A stretch of 64,000 nt of DNA, taken from assembly GCA_038128265.1 (NCBI GenBank), contig JAYPJE010000019.1, positions 10,937 through 74,936 of the forward strand, in the 5' to 3' direction. Of this stretch, positions 50,233-60,648 are shown one piece after another (position 1 is the first letter of the stretch; each line of letters begins with the position of its first letter). Under the pieces are notes generated by a model. It saw only the letters and a list, made by a program, of their open reading frames with translations, was not told the origin of the DNA and searched no databases. Made by a program: the position numbers and the translations under genes. Source of the stretch: Gemmatimonadota bacterium. Lineage in GTDB: Bacteria; Latescibacterota; UBA2968; UBA8231.

Positions 50233-51639
50233 TCAGGTTATATCCGTGCGCAAAAACGCAACAAAGGCCACCATGAAAAACAGCACGGCAAACACGATGA
50301 GCAGCAGCACATCGGTCGAGCGCACCTGCAGGCGCATGCCTAAATTTTCGGGCCGATAGTTGAACACCGGCATATCGTCAATCGAGTAGTCTTCGTCGTT
50401 GCTGCTGCCCCAAAACATCCCCTCGTTGCCGCTCTCGGCCATTTTCTCGTCGACGTAGCGGGCAAATTGGCGCTGGTAGGAACGCAGTGCATCGACCAAC
50501 TCCTGTTCGTGGCGCACGCCGGTAACGCCAATGTCCGTATTGGCGTATACATAGGTTGCGACCGGCGAAAGGCGCGTTAAATTGCGCGCCACGTCGACCT
50601 GATGACTTAACTGGCGCTCAAAGTCGCGCACGATCTCCTCGGTGACGCGGTGAATATCGCGCTGCAGCACCTCGCGCCCCTCGACCATTTTGCGACGCAC
50701 CGCAGCGCGCTCCTCGCGGCTCATACTGCGAAAGTTGCCTCGCCGCATCGAGCGCATTTCAGAAAAAAAGGCGTCGTTGAGCGCCTTGGCGCGCTCGGCA
50801 ATCATGCGCTGCACCTGGCCGACATCGGGTACGGGCGCGACGATCTCGGCTAAGTAGGGACCGGAGTTGGGCACGATCAGCGCCAGCAGCACCCAGATGG
50901 CCAGCAGGCTAAAAATCGAGGTCGAAGAGCGCCGAGCCAGCACGGATACCATTAGCCCAATGGAAAACATTACGGCAATCAGCACTAGGGAAACGATACC
51001 CGACACGCTAAAAGCCTGCCAGTCCTGCAGCGAAAACACGATATCACCCGACGTATTAATGAGCAGGGCGCCCAGCACCAGAGAGGCGAAAAACGGCAGG
51101 GCCAAGCTCATATAGCCGCCGATCCACTTGGCGAGAATGACCAAATCGCGCGGCACCGAATACGACATAAGCAGCTTGAGCGTGCCGCTCTCGCGCTCGC
51201 CGGCCACGGCATCGTACGAAATAAAAAACGCCAGCAGGCTGAGGACGACGCCAACGACAAAGAGCATATCGGCGACCGGCAGCATGAGCACCATGGGATT
51301 GGTGGTAAAGTTGCCCTCAAAACCCGGCAGAAAGTTACCGCCGATCTGCGCCGTTCGATCGGTGGTTTTTTCCATGCCAAAAAACAGCACCTGAAAATCC
51401 TGCGGTGGTCGGTCGACGCGCACGCCGATATTGTCTAGGTCTCGGTAGCTACCGTACTCTTCGGCCTGCTGCTGATAGAGCTGGCGATTTTCGCTGTAAT
51501 CGATGCGCTTGGCAGCCAAGTCGGCCCGCAGCACGAAGACGCTCAGTGACCCCAGCACCACGCAGAGCACCGCGCATACGACAAAGCGTAGCTCCAATAG
51601 GTTCTGCACCAGCTCTTTGCGCACCATCGTCCACAGCAT
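50233..51639 (-). CDS. ABC-2-type permease with large periplasmic loops, copy B
   Basis: MVRKEL, YDAVAGERESGTLKLLMS..VPR..VILAKWIGG, LSP; start placed at MLWTM (51639). Confidence 0.88.
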   Translation of the reverse strand: MLWTMVRKELVQNLLELRFVVCAVLCVVLGSLSVFVLRADLAAKRIDYSENRQLYQQQAEEYGSYRDLDNIGVRVDRPPQDFQVLFFGMEKTTDRTAQIGGNFLPGFEGNFTTNPMVLMLPVADMLFVVGVVLSLLAFFISYDAVAGERESGTLKLLMSYSVPRDLVILAKWIGGYMSLALPFFASLVLGALLINTSGDIVFSLQDWQAFSVSGIVSLVLIAVMFSIGLMVSVLARRSSTSIFSLLAIWVLLALIVPNSGPYLAEIVAPVPDVGQVQRMIAERAKALNDAFFSEMRSMRRGNFRSMSREERAAVRRKMVEGREVLQRDIHRVTEEIVRDFERQLSHQVDVARNLTRLSPVATYVYANTDIGVTGVRHEQELVDALRSYQRQFARYVDEKMAESGNEGMFWGSSNDEDYSIDDMPVFNYRPENLGMRLQVRSTDVLLLIVFAVLFFMVAFVAFLRTDIT

Positions 51640-51649
51640 GGGCGGCCTA

Positions 51650-53035
51650 TCAGCGCATGAGATCGTAGCGCAAAAACGCCACGTGAGCAGCGAGGAAGAA
51701 CGCCACATTGAGGGCGACCAGCACCAGCAGGTCGGCGCGCACATCGACGAGTGACGACGTCAGTTCGGGCAGCGGCGGCGCAAAGGCAGGCAGCTCGTTG
51801 GGATCGAGCGGCGCCTCCATAATCTCCTGGCGCTCTTCCGAGTCGACGGCCGACTCAGCCTGGCGACGGCGCATATCCGATACCGCTTCTACTTTGGCTA
51901 CGAACTCCTCGCGATAGCGGTCGATGTATTCGCGCAAATCGGCAAAGCCACGCAGTCCGGTCCCCGCCATACCCGTCGTCGCATGGACGTAACTAGTCGA
52001 CGGCGATATGCGCGCCAGCGCCATGCCCAATTCAATCTGCCGATCGACCTTCTGCAGGTAGTCCGCCAGCATTTTATCCGTCTCTTCGCGCATTTTTATC
52101 TGCGCCTCGTCGAACTGCTGCTGGCGGTCTTCGCGCGTGGACGAACGCCGCCAGTTGCGCCGCTGCGCATTCATCACTTCGCGCTGAATGGCCTCTTGCT
52201 TGCCGGCGATCACGCCGGGCGAAGGCACGGATACCAGCGCGCGCGCGACGATGGGTGCCGTATTGGGTATCATCAGCACGAGCAGCACCCAGACGAGAAA
52301 GTTGAGCACCAGCGACGTCGACGTGCGCCTGACCAGCGTCGATATGAGCAAGCCCAGGCCAAAGAAGAGCGACATATAGAGGGCCGCTACGGCCATCATG
52401 CCGGCCAGTACCGCCCACTGTGACGCGCTCAAGCTGAATACGGTCGTAGCCTGGGCGATAAACAACGCACAGGCCAGCGATAGGAAGAATGGAAGAATCA
52501 GTGCGGCATAGCCGCCGATCCACTTGGCCAACAGCAGGGTGTGGCGCGGCAGTGCCTGGGCTAGCAGCAGGCGCAGCGTGCCTTCCTCTTGTTCGCCGCA
52601 AATGGCGTCAAAGGCGAATAGAACGGCCAGCAGGCTGCCGACGATATTGACGATGTAGAGCACGTCGGGTGCCGGAAAGAGCACGTAGAGCGGATTGGTG
52701 TATTTACTGCGTCCCAGGCGAGCCGACTGCATCTGCGAAATCGAGATGGAGCGCGACATCTCCTTTTCCAAACCCATGGCAAAAACGCTGAGCGGATTAG
52801 GCGGACGATCGACCTCGATGCCGCTCCAGCGCAGCTGGCGAAAGTCGGCGGCCTCGGCCAGCTTCTCCTTTTGCGCGCGTCCCGCCTCGGCATGACTCTC
52901 AACCTGGCGCTCGTAGCCCAGCGCAATGATTTCTACGGACGAGACAATCAGCACCAGCAGCAGCGCAAAGGCCAGCGCAAAGCGAAAGCTAAGCAGGTGG
53001 GCGCGTATCTCTTTGACGATCAACAGACGCAGCAT
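51650..53035 (-). CDS. ABC-2-type permease with large periplasmic loops, copy A
   Basis: LIVKEI, FDAICGEQEEGTLRLLLA..LPR..LLLAKWIGG, ISP, FLRYD. Confidence 0.88.
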   Translation of the reverse strand: MLRLLIVKEIRAHLLSFRFALAFALLLVLIVSSVEIIALGYERQVESHAEAGRAQKEKLAEAADFRQLRWSGIEVDRPPNPLSVFAMGLEKEMSRSISISQMQSARLGRSKYTNPLYVLFPAPDVLYIVNIVGSLLAVLFAFDAICGEQEEGTLRLLLAQALPRHTLLLAKWIGGYAALILPFFLSLACALFIAQATTVFSLSASQWAVLAGMMAVAALYMSLFFGLGLLISTLVRRTSTSLVLNFLVWVLLVLMIPNTAPIVARALVSVPSPGVIAGKQEAIQREVMNAQRRNWRRSSTREDRQQQFDEAQIKMREETDKMLADYLQKVDRQIELGMALARISPSTSYVHATTGMAGTGLRGFADLREYIDRYREEFVAKVEAVSDMRRRQAESAVDSEERQEIMEAPLDPNELPAFAPPLPELTSSLVDVRADLLVLVALNVAFFLAAHVAFLRYDLMR

Positions 53036-53203
53036 GGGCGGCCCTGTATGGAAGGCAAACGTCCCCGAAATACGTCGGCTGAGACAGCCCAGAACGGGAA
53101 CGAACGCGGTGCGTAAAACTACATCGTAGACTATTGCCTCCCGCGGTGAATATTGTCAAGAAAACAATGTCTCTAATTTTTTTGATCCTACTATCCCCAT
53201 TTC

Positions 53204-53232
53204 TTGACTTTGATCACCTTGCCTTCTATTCT
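53204..53232 (+). promoter_or_regulatory. Putative sigma-70 promoter of the TolC operon
   Basis: TTGACT-N17-TATTCT in the AT-rich divergent spacer. Confidence 0.5.
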
Positions 53233-53293
53233 TGCCGACATCGGTCCTTTTCTCATCAACTAACCTTCTTTTCAACGCAATGGCACACGCCCT

Positions 53294-54628
53294 ATGAGGT
53301 TGGCAAGTCTCTGCGTAGTCTTCGGTCTAGCACCGCTTGCCCTCAGCGCTGACGACGGTATCCTAAGCCTCGCCAACTGCCTTGAATCGGCCATGCAGCA
53401 CAACCGCGAGCTGCTGCAATCGCGCGCCGCTATTCGCCAAGTAGAGGGCGACCGCGTCGTCGTGCGCTCGCGCTTTATGCCCCACCTCGAACTGACTACG
53501 CAGTACGATGCTGCGCGCGACCAACTGAGCGGACAGCCTAGAGACGACCAGCTTTCTTCCGCGCTGCGCTTTTCTCAGCGCCTCTTCGAATACGGGCCTG
53601 ACTTCGGCGAAGAAGTGCAGATGCGCGAATCGCTGCGCCAGGCCATCTATACTTACGAAGACCAAGTCTACGAAGTCCTATCGAGCGTGTGGGAGACCTA
53701 TCACATCATTCTCCTGCAGGATCGTCAGATTGCCATTCGCCGCGAGTCGCGCGAAAATTTCCAGGCCACATACGAACGCCAGCGCGCGCGCTTTGAGCGT
53801 CAGCTGGCCACCGAGAGTGACGTGCTCAACGCACAGCTCAACGTGCTCAACGAGGATCTCGCCCTCAACAACCTCGAACGCGATCAGTTCAACAACAAGA
53901 TGGCGCTGCTGCGACTGATCGGTCAGTCGATCGGCATTGGCGTTCAGCTGCAGTCCGACCAGCAGGTGCAGTTCGACATCGACCAAGACCGCGCCGTCGA
54001 ACTGGCACACGCCAACAGCGTGGCCATCGCCCTGGCTAGCGAGCGCCTCAGAGAACAGCGGCGCGCGCTAGCCGAGACCGAGTGGCAGTACAGTCCCGAC
54101 CTATCGCTCAATGCAGGCGTTGAAGATGCGCGCCGCAACGCGCGCATCCAGTTGGGCAAGCAGGGCGCGACGTGGGGAGTGGACCTTTCGTCGGAATACG
54201 CCATCAGCGATGCCAGCGCGCCCGAGATGCGCGACCAGAACCGCTGGTCGGCCCAGCTCGAAGCGCGCATACCCATTTTCGAGGGCGCCGCGCGCAGCGG
54301 GCGGCAAACGCGCGAAGGGGCCGTCCTGCGCCAGCGCGAAATTGCCCTGCGCGACCTCAATACCTCCGTCGAACTCAGCGTGCGCCAGGCCTACCAGTCC
54401 ATGCTGGAGGCGCGCGAGCGCCAGCGCATTCAGGAAGAGCGCGTCAAAATCGCCCGGCGCCGCCTCGAGATCAACCAGATACTCAAGGAAAAGGGCCAGG
54501 CCGACGAGACGCTGCTGGAAAACTTTCGCACGCAGTTTTTCAACGAGCAGGACCGCCTGTTTCAGGATCAGGCGACCTACATCCGCCGCATCGCCGCTCT
54601 GCGCCGACAGATGGGATATTTCGAATGA
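53294..54628 (+). CDS. TolC-family outer-membrane efflux protein
   Basis: Signal peptide; LSLANCLESAMQHNREL, FMPHLEL, RFERQLATESDVLNAQL, IPIFEG, VELSVRQAY (two OEP repeats). Confidence 0.85.
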   Translation: MRLASLCVVFGLAPLALSADDGILSLANCLESAMQHNRELLQSRAAIRQVEGDRVVVRSRFMPHLELTTQYDAARDQLSGQPRDDQLSSALRFSQRLFEYGPDFGEEVQMRESLRQAIYTYEDQVYEVLSSVWETYHIILLQDRQIAIRRESRENFQATYERQRARFERQLATESDVLNAQLNVLNEDLALNNLERDQFNNKMALLRLIGQSIGIGVQLQSDQQVQFDIDQDRAVELAHANSVAIALASERLREQRRALAETEWQYSPDLSLNAGVEDARRNARIQLGKQGATWGVDLSSEYAISDASAPEMRDQNRWSAQLEARIPIFEGAARSGRQTREGAVLRQREIALRDLNTSVELSVRQAYQSMLEARERQRIQEERVKIARRRLEINQILKEKGQADETLLENFRTQFFNEQDRLFQDQATYIRRIAALRRQMGYFE

Positions 54629-56130
54629 AGAGGCTCTGCGCAGCGCTCTGCCTGCTCTATGCCTGCGGCACTCTCGACGCACAGACGCTCACGCGCGAAC
54701 AGCAGCTGAGCAAGCTGCGCCTGCAGGAGAGCCTGCTCCTACTCGACGAGCGGCGCACTAGCTTGCAGAGCCACGAAGAAGAGCTGGCCGCCATCAGGGG
54801 GCTCTACGAGCAGGGCTTTATCGCGCTGCAAAAGTACAAGCAGACGCTCAATCGCTACGAACAGGCGCGGCTCAATTTTGAAGAGGCGGAAATCAACCTA
54901 GAGCAGGTCAAGCTCGATTTGCTAAGAAACGCCACCCACATCGCCGTGCTCGAAGCGCGCAAGTACCGCGACCAGGACAACCGCAATATGGTCGAAGTCG
55001 TGCTGGAAAACGCTTCGGAAACGCGCAATGCCTTGCTGGTGGATGATGCGCTCGACGAGAGCGAACTGCGCACGCTGCTGCGCGTCGAAAATATCTACGT
55101 TTCGCTGCGCAATGGCCCCATCGTCGGCGAGCCCTACGAAGTCCGCATTCCCACCCTCGAAGTCGGCCAGCGCCACAGCCTGCACTTCCGCCTGCTCAAA
55201 GACGAAGAGGCCGTCTACGTGCAGCTTTCCTACTTGGATATTTCCGATAGCATTCCCCTCCTGCTGCAAAAGGGCAGCCAGCAGGAATTGCCCAGCATCA
55301 ACTCGGCGCAGTTTGCCCAGGAGGGCGCGCTCGACCAGCGCGTCTCCTTTAACCTGACGCTGCAGTGGCTGTCCGACGAAGAGAGCAATTTCGCCCTGGC
55401 CGCCCTCGGCCTACCGCGGCGCATCGACTACGCCTTCTACAACGGCAATGCCAAGGTAAGCCAGATCAAATTCGACGGCACCAACTCGCGCGTGCAGGTG
55501 CGATTACAGCTCGAATTGCCGGAAAAGCTCGACCCCCAATTCGTCGACCAGACCCTCACATTTTACGCATTGATCTCTCAGCCCAATGCCTATGGACGCA
55601 TCAACGCCCTGCGTCGACAGTATGATAACGCGCCCATTCCACAAAGCCAGATCGACTCGCTCGACTGCCGCTACGTAAAGCTCGAACTGACGCCTAAGGG
55701 ATTGGGCAAGTTGGAAATCCTCACCGCCAACCGCTACCAAGAAGCCGAACTCGGCCAGGGCCTGCGCGTGCGCGTGGAAATTCTCAACCGGGGCACGGCT
55801 GCCGTGCAGAATATCGAGCCGCAAGTTGACGTGCCCTACGAGTGGCAGGAACAGGTCGAACCAACGCTGATCAAGCTGCTGGAACCGGGCCAACGCGCTT
55901 CGGTAGATATCGCCGCCCAACCGCCCGAAACAGCAACCGTTGGCGACTACGACCTAGGCATCAAGGCACGCGGTCAGGTCGGCACCGAAGACGTTGAGTC
56001 CAACGAAAAAAATATAACCATCAGCATGACGGCGCCGAGCAATGTCGCTGCCAACATCTTTCTGGTCGGCCTGCTCGTCCTCATGGTCGTCGGCATCGGT
56101 TTTTCGAGCATTCGCCTGAGCAGGAGATAG
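54625..56130 (+). CDS. Membrane-anchored periplasmic protein A: signal peptide, N-terminal coiled-coil hairpin, Ig-like/NEW3-like domains, C-terminal TM
   Basis: ATG 54625 overlaps TolC stop; LYEQGFIA hairpin; NRGT..V.NI, VPYEW, LEPGQ, VGDYDL; terminal hydrophobic helix then SRR. Confidence 0.8.
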   Translation: MKRLCAALCLLYACGTLDAQTLTREQQLSKLRLQESLLLLDERRTSLQSHEEELAAIRGLYEQGFIALQKYKQTLNRYEQARLNFEEAEINLEQVKLDLLRNATHIAVLEARKYRDQDNRNMVEVVLENASETRNALLVDDALDESELRTLLRVENIYVSLRNGPIVGEPYEVRIPTLEVGQRHSLHFRLLKDEEAVYVQLSYLDISDSIPLLLQKGSQQELPSINSAQFAQEGALDQRVSFNLTLQWLSDEESNFALAALGLPRRIDYAFYNGNAKVSQIKFDGTNSRVQVRLQLELPEKLDPQFVDQTLTFYALISQPNAYGRINALRRQYDNAPIPQSQIDSLDCRYVKLELTPKGLGKLEILTANRYQEAELGQGLRVRVEILNRGTAAVQNIEPQVDVPYEWQEQVEPTLIKLLEPGQRASVDIAAQPPETATVGDYDLGIKARGQVGTEDVESNEKNITISMTAPSNVAANIFLVGLLVLMVVGIGFSSIRLSRR

Positions 56131-56132
56131 CC

Positions 56133-57659
56133 ATGCAACGCCTCTACCTGCTGCTATGTGTGCTGCCCTTACTAGCCGCCCAGTGCCTGTCGGCACAGGA
56201 CCTGCGCACCAAGGAACAGCGCCTCTACGAGATCCAGCTGCGCCAGGCACAGTGGAAGGTCGATGCGGCCAAATTGGAAATGGAGACGCGGCTGAGCGAC
56301 TACGATGAGAGCAAGGATCTATTTGAGCAAAACATCCGCACGCTCGACGAGCTCTACACCTACCAGCGCGCCTATCAGAAAGCCAAATTGGCCTACGACC
56401 AGGCCGTTATCGCCCTCGAAGAAACGCGCCTATCCTTCCTGCGCGATGCGACCCACGTAGCCATAGTCGAAGCGCGTAAATACCGCACGGCGGACGGCTT
56501 TCGCCAGGTCGAGATAACCCTTGAAAACGGCTCCAATCTCAACCAGGCCATGTCGCTCAATCCCAGCAAGTCGCGCGAGGAAGTCGCCACCCTATTGGAA
56601 ATGCGCAACCTCAAGGTCTCGCTCGAGAGCTCGTCGCAGAACATTGTCATCGGCTCGCCCTACGAACAGCCCATTCACTCGCTGGCCCTAGGCGAACGCC
56701 TCACCCTCGGCTTCCGCCTGCTCAAAGACGAAGAGGCCGTCGTCGTCGCACTCGAGACGCTCGACGGCCAGCGCTCCACCTTCCACATCGTGCTGCGCAA
56801 GGACGCGCTGCAGGACGCGCCGACCATACACTCCGTGCAGTTTTCGCAAGAGGGCGACCTCAATAGCCGCATCCGCTACGGTCTCATTCTCGAGCGCCTC
56901 GCCCTCGACGAAAAGACCTTCCGCCTAGCCGTGCTCAACCTCCCCAGCGAAATCGACTACGCCTTTATTGACCCGGCGACCAACGCCAATCTATCCCAAG
57001 TCAAGTTCAGCGAAGAAACGACGCAGCTGCAGCTCGAGCTCGAACTGCAGATACCGGAAAAACTGAGCCGGCAGTTTGTCGACCAAGTCCTTGATTTCTA
57101 CGTCTTTATCAGCGACACAGACGGCTTCAGCCAAGTCGAACGCCTCGCCGGCATGGGCAATAGCGTCAGCATGGCCGACCTGATGATGCTCGACGGCAGC
57201 GGCGAGCGCTTTGAGCTCATTCCGCGCGGCACGGGTGCCCTCGAAACGCAAATTGCCACGCGCTACTGGGAGATCAGCAGCGGCGAACGCGTGGCCGCGC
57301 GCGTCGAACTGCTCAACAACGGCACGCTCGAAGTCGAAGAGGCCCACCTGCTGCTCACGCCCCCTCTCGACTGGACCTATGTCTGCACGCCCGACACCAT
57401 AGAGCAAATTGCCCCGGGCGAAAAGGTCGTCGTCGACGTCGAACTGACGCCGCCGCAAGCGCAGACAGTGGGCGAATACGACGTGCGCATAGAAGCCAAA
57501 GGGCACGTCGACGGCGAGCGCGTAGACGCCAGCGAGAAAGACATCACCGTCCGCATTGTCGCCCAAGCCAATCTCGGCCAAAGCGCGCTAATCCTCGTTG
57601 GAGTCCTAGCCCTTGTCATCGGCGCCGCCGTGGTCAGCATCAAAGCGAGTCGCAGGTAG
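56133..57659 (+). CDS. Membrane-anchored periplasmic protein B, paralog of A
   Basis: Shares ATH.A..EARKYR, FRLLKDEEAV, QF.QEG.L, LP..IDYAF, SQ.KF, VG.YD, EK.IT and terminal SRR with protein A. Confidence 0.82.
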   Translation: MQRLYLLLCVLPLLAAQCLSAQDLRTKEQRLYEIQLRQAQWKVDAAKLEMETRLSDYDESKDLFEQNIRTLDELYTYQRAYQKAKLAYDQAVIALEETRLSFLRDATHVAIVEARKYRTADGFRQVEITLENGSNLNQAMSLNPSKSREEVATLLEMRNLKVSLESSSQNIVIGSPYEQPIHSLALGERLTLGFRLLKDEEAVVVALETLDGQRSTFHIVLRKDALQDAPTIHSVQFSQEGDLNSRIRYGLILERLALDEKTFRLAVLNLPSEIDYAFIDPATNANLSQVKFSEETTQLQLELELQIPEKLSRQFVDQVLDFYVFISDTDGFSQVERLAGMGNSVSMADLMMLDGSGERFELIPRGTGALETQIATRYWEISSGERVAARVELLNNGTLEVEEAHLLLTPPLDWTYVCTPDTIEQIAPGEKVVVDVELTPPQAQTVGEYDVRIEAKGHVDGERVDASEKDITVRIVAQANLGQSALILVGVLALVIGAAVVSIKASRR

Positions 57660-57742
57660 CGTAGCAACTTTTTCTGCGCTATATTCCTAGTCGGATAGAC
57701 TGTTAGACCCGCTGTGTTGCTAGCGCGCACGAGAACGGATAC

Positions 57743-58507
57743 ATGGAATACGATATCGGCCACCTGCTCAGCGGGTGGAACTTCGATCCGGACGAGTTCC
57801 TCGCCCGTCGCATCAAGGCCGTTGACGGTTCGGAAAAAATACAGATTCGCATCGACGTGGGCATCCTCCAGCTTGAAACCGCGGGACGCCCCGATGGCAT
57901 GCAGCCATTTGGCTACCCGTCTCTTCTCGATTACTACTTAGCTCAAATAGAAACCGAGCAAAAAGAAGACCTGACCATCGGCGAAGAAGAGTGCGAGGAC
58001 CTGTTTCAGGAAGCATGGCAATTTTACCATCGCTACCTGAGCCTATTCTACTTAGAAGACTACGCCGGCGTAGTAGAAGACACCGAACACACCCTGCAGA
58101 TTTTTGACCTCGTCGATGAATTTGCTCCCAACGACGACGTGCGCTGGTATTTCGAACAGTACTTTCCGCATGCCGTCATGATGCAGACGCGCGCGCGTGC
58201 AATGATCGCTCTCGAATCGGAGGACTATCCCACTGCCCTGCGTGCCGTGGAAGAGGGCATCGCCAATATTGAGGCCTTTGTCGAAGAGTGGGAGTCCGAG
58301 ATAGAGGAAGACCTGCCGGAACTGACCTTTCTCCGCGAATGGCACGAAGAGTTAGAGCAGGAGCGGCCCCTCACCCAGCGCGAACAGCTCGAACGCGACC
58401 TAGACGAGGCCGTCGCGGCCGAAGACTTTGAAGAGGCCGCGCGCCTGCGCGACAAAATACAGACGCTTTGGCCCGGTCCAAGGCGGTTGTTCCGCCCCGA
58501 ACGCTAG
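57743..58507 (+). CDS. UvrB/UvrC-motif-containing protein
   Basis: KIQIRIDVGILQLE..GRPDG, EA.QFYHRY; C-terminal LDEAVAAEDFEEAARLRDKI. Confidence 0.8.
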   Translation: MEYDIGHLLSGWNFDPDEFLARRIKAVDGSEKIQIRIDVGILQLETAGRPDGMQPFGYPSLLDYYLAQIETEQKEDLTIGEEECEDLFQEAWQFYHRYLSLFYLEDYAGVVEDTEHTLQIFDLVDEFAPNDDVRWYFEQYFPHAVMMQTRARAMIALESEDYPTALRAVEEGIANIEAFVEEWESEIEEDLPELTFLREWHEELEQERPLTQREQLERDLDEAVAAEDFEEAARLRDKIQTLWPGPRRLFRPER

Positions 58508-58521
58508 CGCCCAACCCGCAC

Positions 58522-58564
58522 AAAAAAAGAGGGCATCGCGGGCATTCGCCCGAGACCCCCTCTT
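58522..58564 (-). terminator. Probable rho-independent terminator of dapAB
   Basis: Minus strand AAGAGGGGGTCTCGGGC-gaat-GCCCGCGATGCCCTC followed by T7. Confidence 0.65.
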
Positions 58565-58585
58565 CGCTCCCTTTGACTTTATTCG

Positions 58586-59389
58586 TTAGGCAATACCCAG
58601 CACGTCACCCATCGTATACAGGCCTACCTCTGCGCCGGCGACAAAGCGCGCAGCGCGCAGCGCACCCAGAGCAAAGGCATCGCGACTGGTCGCCGTGTGA
58701 CACAATTCAATGTATTCACCCGGTGCGCCGTAGAGCACCTTGTGCACGCCGGCAATATCACCGGCCCGCAGCGCGTGCATGCCAATTTCCTTTTTCTCGC
58801 GCTGACCCACCAGCCCCTGACGCCCGTGCGTAGCGACCTCGTTGAAGTCGCGCCCCAGACCGGCGGCTGCCCGCTCACCCAGCGTGATCGCCGTGCCGCT
58901 CGGCGCGTCCACTTTGAAGTGGTGATGCATCTCGACAATTTCAACGTCGTAGTCGTCGCCGAGGACGCGCGCCGCCTGCTCAACGAGCTGGAATAGCACG
59001 TTCATTGCCGTGCTAAAATTCGAGGCAAACACGCAGGGTACAGCCGCGACTGTATCCTTGAACTGCTGCAGCTGCTCCTCGCTAAAGCCCGTCGTTCCCA
59101 CCACCATCGGCACGCCCATATCGGCGCAAATAGCCGCGTCGGCCAGCGTCGCTTCCGGCGTGGTAAAGGCGATAACGACCTGCGCATCGCCCGCACAGGC
59201 CGCCAGACTGTCGACGACCTGGATATCGAGCTGGCGCGCGCCGATGACCTGGCCGATATCGCGGCCCAGCACCTCGTGGCCAGCGCGCTCGGTGCCGCCG
59301 ACCAAGTGCAGGTCTTCAGCGGCCAGCGTCAGATGGGCCAGGCGCTGCCCCATGCGTCCGGAGACGCCGCAAACGGCAATGTTGACCAT
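58586..59389 (-). CDS. dapB: 4-hydroxy-tetrahydrodipicolinate reductase
   Basis: GVSGRMG, VGTTG, ASNFS, EMHHHFKVDAPSGTA, RAGDIAGVH, SRDAFALGA. Confidence 0.95.
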   Translation of the reverse strand: MVNIAVCGVSGRMGQRLAHLTLAAEDLHLVGGTERAGHEVLGRDIGQVIGARQLDIQVVDSLAACAGDAQVVIAFTTPEATLADAAICADMGVPMVVGTTGFSEEQLQQFKDTVAAVPCVFASNFSTAMNVLFQLVEQAARVLGDDYDVEIVEMHHHFKVDAPSGTAITLGERAAAGLGRDFNEVATHGRQGLVGQREKKEIGMHALRAGDIAGVHKVLYGAPGEYIELCHTATSRDAFALGALRAARFVAGAEVGLYTMGDVLGIA

Positions 59390-59404
59390 GCGCGCTTTCC
59401 CCCT

Positions 59405-60442
59405 CTAATAAGCCGAGTAGACCAGCGCGTCGAGCAGGCTGGCATCGCTGAGGCGCGCATCGATATCGACGCCAAAAAATGCGCCGATCGGCGCCAGCGC
59501 CGTCGGATCGTTGGCATGGACCTGTCGAGCCGCATTGAGCGCCACCTCTAGGCCCTGGCGCGTCATCTTGCCCAGCGGCCGGCGCGTGGGCCCGGAGGGC
59601 ATGCCGAGCACGTTCATCAGCGCCTTTACGGCCAGCGGGTTGCGCGCTTTGCACTCGACGCTTCCATGGGGCGTCTCCTCTTGAGTCGTCACGCCGACGC
59701 AGGCAAAGAGCGGCGCTAGCGCAGCGGCCAATGTGTCGGCCTCGGACTCGTTGCCCTCGTTGAGCAATTCGGTCAGGCGCTGAATCGGGCCGGGTATAAT
59801 ATTCGACATGACAGAGATAACGCCAGCTGCTCTAATATCGGCGCGCTTCATCATAGAGACCGTCTTGTCGTCGTCGCCCGAGAGGATCGTGAAGTTCTCT
59901 CCGCACAGGCGGCGCGTCTTGGCCATATTGTCCAGATCGCCAGTCGCCTCTTTGACCGACGAGACGTTGGGATAGGCGGCGGCCAGCATCGCCAGATCCT
60001 CGACGTGCATCATCGTGCCGGTGCGCCCGGGAATGATGTAGGGAATGACCTGCACTTGGGGAAATTCCTTGGCCACCGGCTCGACGTACTCGCGGCGGAT
60101 CTCCAGCGAAGAAGGCCCGTTGTAATAGGGATCGACCAGCAGCACGGCATCGGCGCCAACGTGTGCGGCGTGCTCGCTGCCGGCCAGCGTCTCTTTAGTG
60201 GAATTGCTGCCGGTGCCCGCTATGGATAAACAGCGATCTTTGGCCAGCTTCACCGTACACTCGATAACTTCGTTGTGCTCCTCCCACAGCAGGGTCGGGC
60301 TCTCGCCCGTCGTTCCCACGGCGAGGACGCCCTGAATATTGTTGGCAATCTGAAATTCAATCAGCTTTTCCAGACCCTCATAGTCCACGCTGCCGTCGCC
60401 GCGCATCGGCGTAACTAGTGCAGTGTAACAACCTTTAAACAT
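59405..60442 (-). CDS. dapA: 4-hydroxy-tetrahydrodipicolinate synthase
   Basis: GCYTALVTP, GTTGESPTL, GTGSNST, PYYN, PGRTG, VKEATGD, LSGDD; directly upstream of dapB. Confidence 0.9.
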   Translation of the reverse strand: MFKGCYTALVTPMRGDGSVDYEGLEKLIEFQIANNIQGVLAVGTTGESPTLLWEEHNEVIECTVKLAKDRCLSIAGTGSNSTKETLAGSEHAAHVGADAVLLVDPYYNGPSSLEIRREYVEPVAKEFPQVQVIPYIIPGRTGTMMHVEDLAMLAAAYPNVSSVKEATGDLDNMAKTRRLCGENFTILSGDDDKTVSMMKRADIRAAGVISVMSNIIPGPIQRLTELLNEGNESEADTLAAALAPLFACVGVTTQEETPHGSVECKARNPLAVKALMNVLGMPSGPTRRPLGKMTRQGLEVALNAARQVHANDPTALAPIGAFFGVDIDARLSDASLLDALVYSAY

Positions 60443-60648
60443 GTCTGCTCGCTTTCTCGTGCAGTGTTGCGTCGCCATCTCTCGATGGCACGGCGCGGCC
60501 TTTTGTCGCGTCGCCTATTGCCAAAGTGACGATGATTTACGACCATAAGACCCCGGTGCGGGAAACATATTAATTAGACCCCATATCTTTGTCAACAACG
60601 GCGCTGCACAGCCCGACGATCGTCCTTATCTCAACTATAGGAGAGACC

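Noticed and set aside
54172..54624. ORF-track N-terminal extensions (also those starting at 6760, 14799, 15145, 39535, 51744, 26819)
   Set aside because: They overlap neighbouring genes or terminators and read as Arg/Pro-rich off-frame text; downstream starts fit RBS, signal peptide or family N-termini.
60443..60648. Possible ZMP/ZTP riboswitch upstream of purH
   Set aside because: I could not find the conserved GACUGGCG...CGCCUGGG elements; a covariance-model search would settle it.
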